Source: Candidatus Spyradenecus sp. (GTDB taxonomy: Bacteria; Verrucomicrobiota; Verrucomicrobiia; Opitutales; UBA953). From it: a stretch of DNA of 16,759 bases. Below are positions 13,901 to 16,759 of this stretch, one piece after another; within the stretch, counting starts at the first letter, position 1, and the number at the start of each line of letters is the position of its first letter. The position numbers were made by a program, and so were the translations under genes. The notes below the pieces were generated by a model. The model saw only the letters and a list, made by a program, of their open reading frames with translations, was not told the DNA's origin and made no database searches. The stretch spans positions 1-16,759 of the forward strand of contig JAZSKX010000004.1 of NCBI GenBank assembly GCA_045535075.1, written 5' to 3'.

Positions 13901-16759
13901 TCCGGCAATCAACGCTAGCGTTACACCGTTGTTCAGGCTATAGGAATCGCTCAGTTTCAGGGTGGCTCCCTGAGCGATACTGATGGTATCCGCCACCGTG
14001 GGGGCTTGGGTAAACTCCAGTCGTCCGGAAAGCGCGGAAATGTTCTGCGCCTTGATATTGGTCCCGCTGAAAATCTGAGTTCCCGTGCCGTTCATGGCGA
14101 TGTTCAGCCCGTTGACGGCGCCCTTGTAGTCGTATCTCTCGCTGCCGGTGATAGTCAGCGTGTTTTTGCCGTCACCCGTGGGGGCGGAGTCGAGATTGAT
14201 ACGCGAGGATTCGCCACTGTACGCGAGGGAGTGTTCATTACCGGTGAGTCCCTTGATACGGGAATTATTTGTGTTGACCGCCAGTGACATCGTGGAGCCT
14301 TCGTAGCCGTTCAGCTCCAGTGTGCCGTGCTGCAGAGCTTTATCATGAGCCAGTTCTACATAGCTGTTGTAGGCTGCACCATTTGCTGTGCGGTTGGCAA
14401 TGATTTTGCCCGTGAAGGAGTTTTCCCCATTGAGGATTAAGCGGGAGGAGTTGGTTTCCGTGATGTATTCCCAACTCGTGCCGCCTTGATCACGGCGATA
14501 GTTGGAGGTGGTGGTGTGGGAAGCATTCCAGGTAATGGTGGTATCTTCTGAGGCTTCCAGATTCCGAATTCTCCAGACTGCCTGCTGCGTTGTTTCCTCC
14601 AGAGTGAGATTCTGGCCGTTCAGCTTGATGGTGTTGAAGTCCAGCTCCTGTACATGGCAGTTGGCGGCAGATTGGATATGCGTGACACTATCTGCCAAAT
14701 CCAGCGTGCCGCTTACGGTTACGGTTTGTGTAGTGGGGGAGGTGCCGTTGTAGCTGGTGTAGCTGGTGTTTCCGTTGGTGCCGTATGAGAATGCTATCTT
14801 GGAGGCATCTTCAATGCGGAGTGTACCACCGAGGTTGTAGCCGAAGTTGGTAAACTTCCAATCTCCGGAACCGGTGAGTCTGAGTGTGGCACCTTCGTAG
14901 GCACCGATTCGTCCGCCGACTGTAACCGTATTGGTGCCGTTGGAAAGCGTGGCTGTTCCGCTTGCAACGGTAATGATGGCGTTGCCGCCGATGGTTGAGC
15001 CGGAAGCGGAGGCATCGATGACGGCTCCGTCTCCCGCAATGACTGTGCCCAGATTGAGGTTTTTCCCGTTCAGATGCAGCGTGCTGTCTCCCAGATACAG
15101 GGAGCCGACATTGGAATAAGTCGCTGTGAGTTTGACATCTCCTTCTTCGATGTAGAGAGCGCGGTAACGCAGGTTCCCCATGGTGGTAGAGGTTACCCCG
15201 TTGTTCAACTCAAGGATGTTGCTGCCGTATTTGTGGATGGTGTCCACATTAACCAGACCCTTGATGTCATTGATAGAATTAATGGTGATGTGGAGTTCAC
15301 TGGCTTTGGGGTCGGTGCTGCTCTCCAGGCGGTTGCCTAACAGAGAGCTGCCTTCCTCCAGCACCAGATTGCTGATACGCTGGGTGGAATCGCCGATATG
15401 CAGGGTGCCGCCCGCTTTCAGTGTGACGCTTTCAGCCGAATCCAGAGCGTTATCCTGATCAATGCGCAGGGTGATGTTGCCGATATTTGCCGTTTTGGTG
15501 CTGTCTTGCCCCATAACGGTAACGTTGCCGTTCAAGTTGTTCAGCTGCTCCAGTTTGACCGTGCCGTCGGTGTATCCCTGGGCATCGATGATGAGGTTAC
15601 GATTGCCCCCGATTTCGTTGGCAATGGTCAGGGTACCGGTTGCTGCGGAGAATCGGTAATCCTGACCTTCTGCCAGCTGCAGCTTGCCCGTGTAATTCAG
15701 GTTGCCTTCTGCGCCGAGGAACAGCGATTGATGTGCCGTCATGTCCAGATCCTGATCAGCCTTCCGTTGCAGCAGAATACCGTTCGAGTCATTGGTGATG
15801 TTGGAAAGCAGGTCGGACATGGCTACGCGGTTACCGTAACTCAGATTGAGTGAGATGTTACGGATGACGTCCTCGCTTGTGTAGTTAAGCGTGACACCTG
15901 TCCCCATGAAATCAATGCCTCCGGTAAAGTTGTTGCCGGTGTTGGTGAGGGTGACTACGCCCTTGGTGTGAGCGTTGCCGAGAATGAGCTTATTGTCGCC
16001 CGTCAGCATATAGTTCACCACCAGATTGCCGCCGCCGCCGCCCAGTCGCCAGGCGTTGTCGACCGCCGCCAACTGCTCTGTGGTGCCTTGCTCGCCGTAT
16101 TGGATGGTTTGCCCGGCAAGAGCACCGATGATGAGGTTCTTGTGCCCGGAGGTATCAACCTGGGTGAGCTGGTTCTGCGTGAGAGCCAGCACGCCGTTGG
16201 AGTCGCCGGCAATATAACTCAGCGCCGTATTCCCGTCGGCATTGTGGGCAGCCAGTGCTCCCTTTTCGCCAACGGACCAGTTCTCGTCTCCGACAGTGGC
16301 GCCATCTTCCACCATCAGCGTGCCGCTAATGACGCTGCGGGAGCCGGTGAAGGTGTTGTTGCCAGTCAGGAAGAGGATGCTGTTTGCTGCATCAACGGTG
16401 ACGGTGCCCTCTCCGGTGATGTTGCCGCCATAGGTGTGAGTCGCTGTCGTTCTGTCTGCAAACTCGACCTTGAGCGCACCGCCCGCCAGAGTGGTGTTAC
16501 CCTGGTGACCGTAGTATTCTGCCCATTGCTGAGTGTTTTCCTTGATGATACCGCCTTCAATGTATTCCATTTGGTGGTGAACACCCTCATTCATCACATA
16601 GGTGCCGCCTTCATTAACCGTGATATCTCCTTTGACGCGGGCGTGGGTGCCCAGTTGGAACGTGGCACCGTTTTCTACCGTGACGTTCATCTTGGCATCG
16701 GCGTAGTGCCAGTCATCCTCAGAGAAGAAGATGGCATCACTGTACGGGACGGAGCCGGT
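10919..16759 (-). CDS. Giant autotransporter-passenger-like beta-helix surface protein with C-terminal PEP-CTERM sorting signal (5'-truncated by the window)
   Basis: The frame stays open to the window edge (TGSVPYSDAIFFSEDDWHYADAK-MNV...), giving more than 1946 aa. It is G/T/N/S-rich with passenger-associated repeats (LTGNNTFTGSRSVISGTL, LEKTGAGTLTI) and ends IPEPSLFGVLAGTLSLAFAFSRRRKRR. No beta-barrel is present. Confidence 0.93.
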   Translation of the reverse strand, partial: TGSVPYSDAIFFSEDDWHYADAKMNVTVENGATFQLGTHARVKGDITVNEGGTYVMNEGVHHQMEYIEGGIIKENTQQWAEYYGHQGNTTLAGGALKVEFADRTTATHTYGGNITGEGTVTVDAANSILFLTGNNTFTGSRSVISGTLMVEDGATVGDENWSVGEKGALAAHNADGNTALSYIAGDSNGVLALTQNQLTQVDTSGHKNLIIGALAGQTIQYGEQGTTEQLAAVDNAWRLGGGGGNLVVNYMLTGDNKLILGNAHTKGVVTLTNTGNNFTGGIDFMGTGVTLNYTSEDVIRNISLNLSYGNRVAMSDLLSNITNDSNGILLQRKADQDLDMTAHQSLFLGAEGNLNYTGKLQLAEGQDYRFSAATGTLTIANEIGGNRNLIIDAQGYTDGTVKLEQLNNLNGNVTVMGQDSTKTANIGNITLRIDQDNALDSAESVTLKAGGTLHIGDSTQRISNLVLEEGSSLLGNRLESSTDPKASELHITINSINDIKGLVNVDTIHKYGSNILELNNGVTSTTMGNLRYRALYIEEGDVKLTATYSNVGSLYLGDSTLHLNGKNLNLGTVIAGDGAVIDASASGSTIGGNAIITVASGTATLSNGTNTVTVGGRIGAYEGATLRLTGSGDWKFTNFGYNLGGTLRIEDASKIAFSYGTNGNTSYTSYNGTSPTTQTVTVSGTLDLADSVTHIQSAANCHVQELDFNTIKLNGQNLTLEETTQQAVWRIRNLEASEDTTITWNASHTTTSNYRRDQGGTSWEYITETNSSRLILNGENSFTGKIIANRTANGAAYNSYVELAHDKALQHGTLELNGYEGSTMSLAVNTNNSRIKGLTGNEHSLAYSGESSRINLDSAPTGDGKNTLTITGSERYDYKGAVNGLNIAMNGTGTQIFSGTNIKAQNISALSGRLEFTQAPTVADTISIAQGATLKLSDSYSLNNGVTLALIAGSNGSQGTLEGTLILNGGTLEFDSTALNDATSLLNANIQYGEDFSDQAVSFSNHLSLEHGATYNLLSGDWSGRNAILADNMPDYLAGSTFTADGSGLKVTVRFADGITEWQDDYAVFSAGETVLFRDREPSQTLQFTSTATAGGLRFTNNETYSFSGSDITLSGDLNVESGKLVLNNKLTAADYTAAEGEVEIAASGTLVLTNTQESTATVSNISGIGTLQIKLDTAGNTYNNKLAIDENFEGTTHVTTGNLTLTGSSFGNTLKLAGGVNAQITAKTTIDGNLELEGTSQVHQNSGNHLIINGNVSGSSGTWERRGGGTLDINGSVSLAGFDTGSDNTTSNFNGATDITTVTLDQSNITANFNGNATVGTLNPNGNNVTLGGTGTLGVGNFNLAGGKSVTIDGLSIAESSARTRSWNNNTINLKNGASLDSRRSYYNHSSGTLTIGGSDANGTMYVKGLCLMPNDAAYAKSELNVSAGAHLIIAGETSGTTASDFVLAVGGEQSQLTAGANKINVYGTLTSNAAMTLYRKSADVTIQEGGRMNLLSGLELKGSAYNEWVSGGVKANLLVQEGGQLYAAGGTQRSELVVSLASDTTIGAVGAAGSSVKFSNNMTWGSADTEGKITVDTAATTADADFRMQRSETEGVTVSFTGTLGLQGTTSLEVVGAGTLKHNSAFNNAAGITVQKSASLAVDNSVPLNNVTTLSEGTLSLNDTTIDGEKAAVAIDSAGTIKAISGTNTLAVATTLSDKALVTYDVAAGASLNSTRALERSGGRGTLEKTGAGTLTIDNSGNALAVVNAAAGTLNMYGTENYELTDLGIGEDTIAGFFKDSPGNTATEASVCVTGTASFGAGAHLNANLTLDIGSTLDVAEGGLSMGSSVTLEQGILLSDAVLVRADALSAGEKLTLFSGVDSLILGNGENAKILNPGDLISGEDALASGYFSNLRGNLFELYFSGTGRDGTVGILAIPEPSLFGVLAGTLSLAFAFSRRRKRR

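Overview
The window is bacterial DNA, probably Verrucomicrobiota/Opitutales-like (inferred from the IPEPS...RRRR PEP-CTERM tail). At the left, a stand-alone HUH/Y1 transposase gene (IS200/IS605 TnpA or RAYT-like, no tnpB) sits between inverted REP-like hairpin elements, with the left side amplified into a 144-bp tandem array. Everything else is on the minus strand, in transcription order: a giant beta-helical passenger-like PEP-CTERM surface protein (5' end outside the window), a GH13 pullulanase-like enzyme, a HAD hydrolase fused to a DUF721/DciA-like domain, crcB, hsdM, a frameshifted hsdS, a coiled-coil 2-TM protein, a 264-aa hypothetical and a PIN toxin. There is no hsdR in the window. The most striking signal is the non-palindromic motif GCGGGAAC(G), found about 27 times by manual count against about 0.5 expected. 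It occurs on both strands and in several reading frames, forms an intergenic hairpin, and is absent from the apparently foreign segments, which resembles a DNA-uptake-sequence-like signature.
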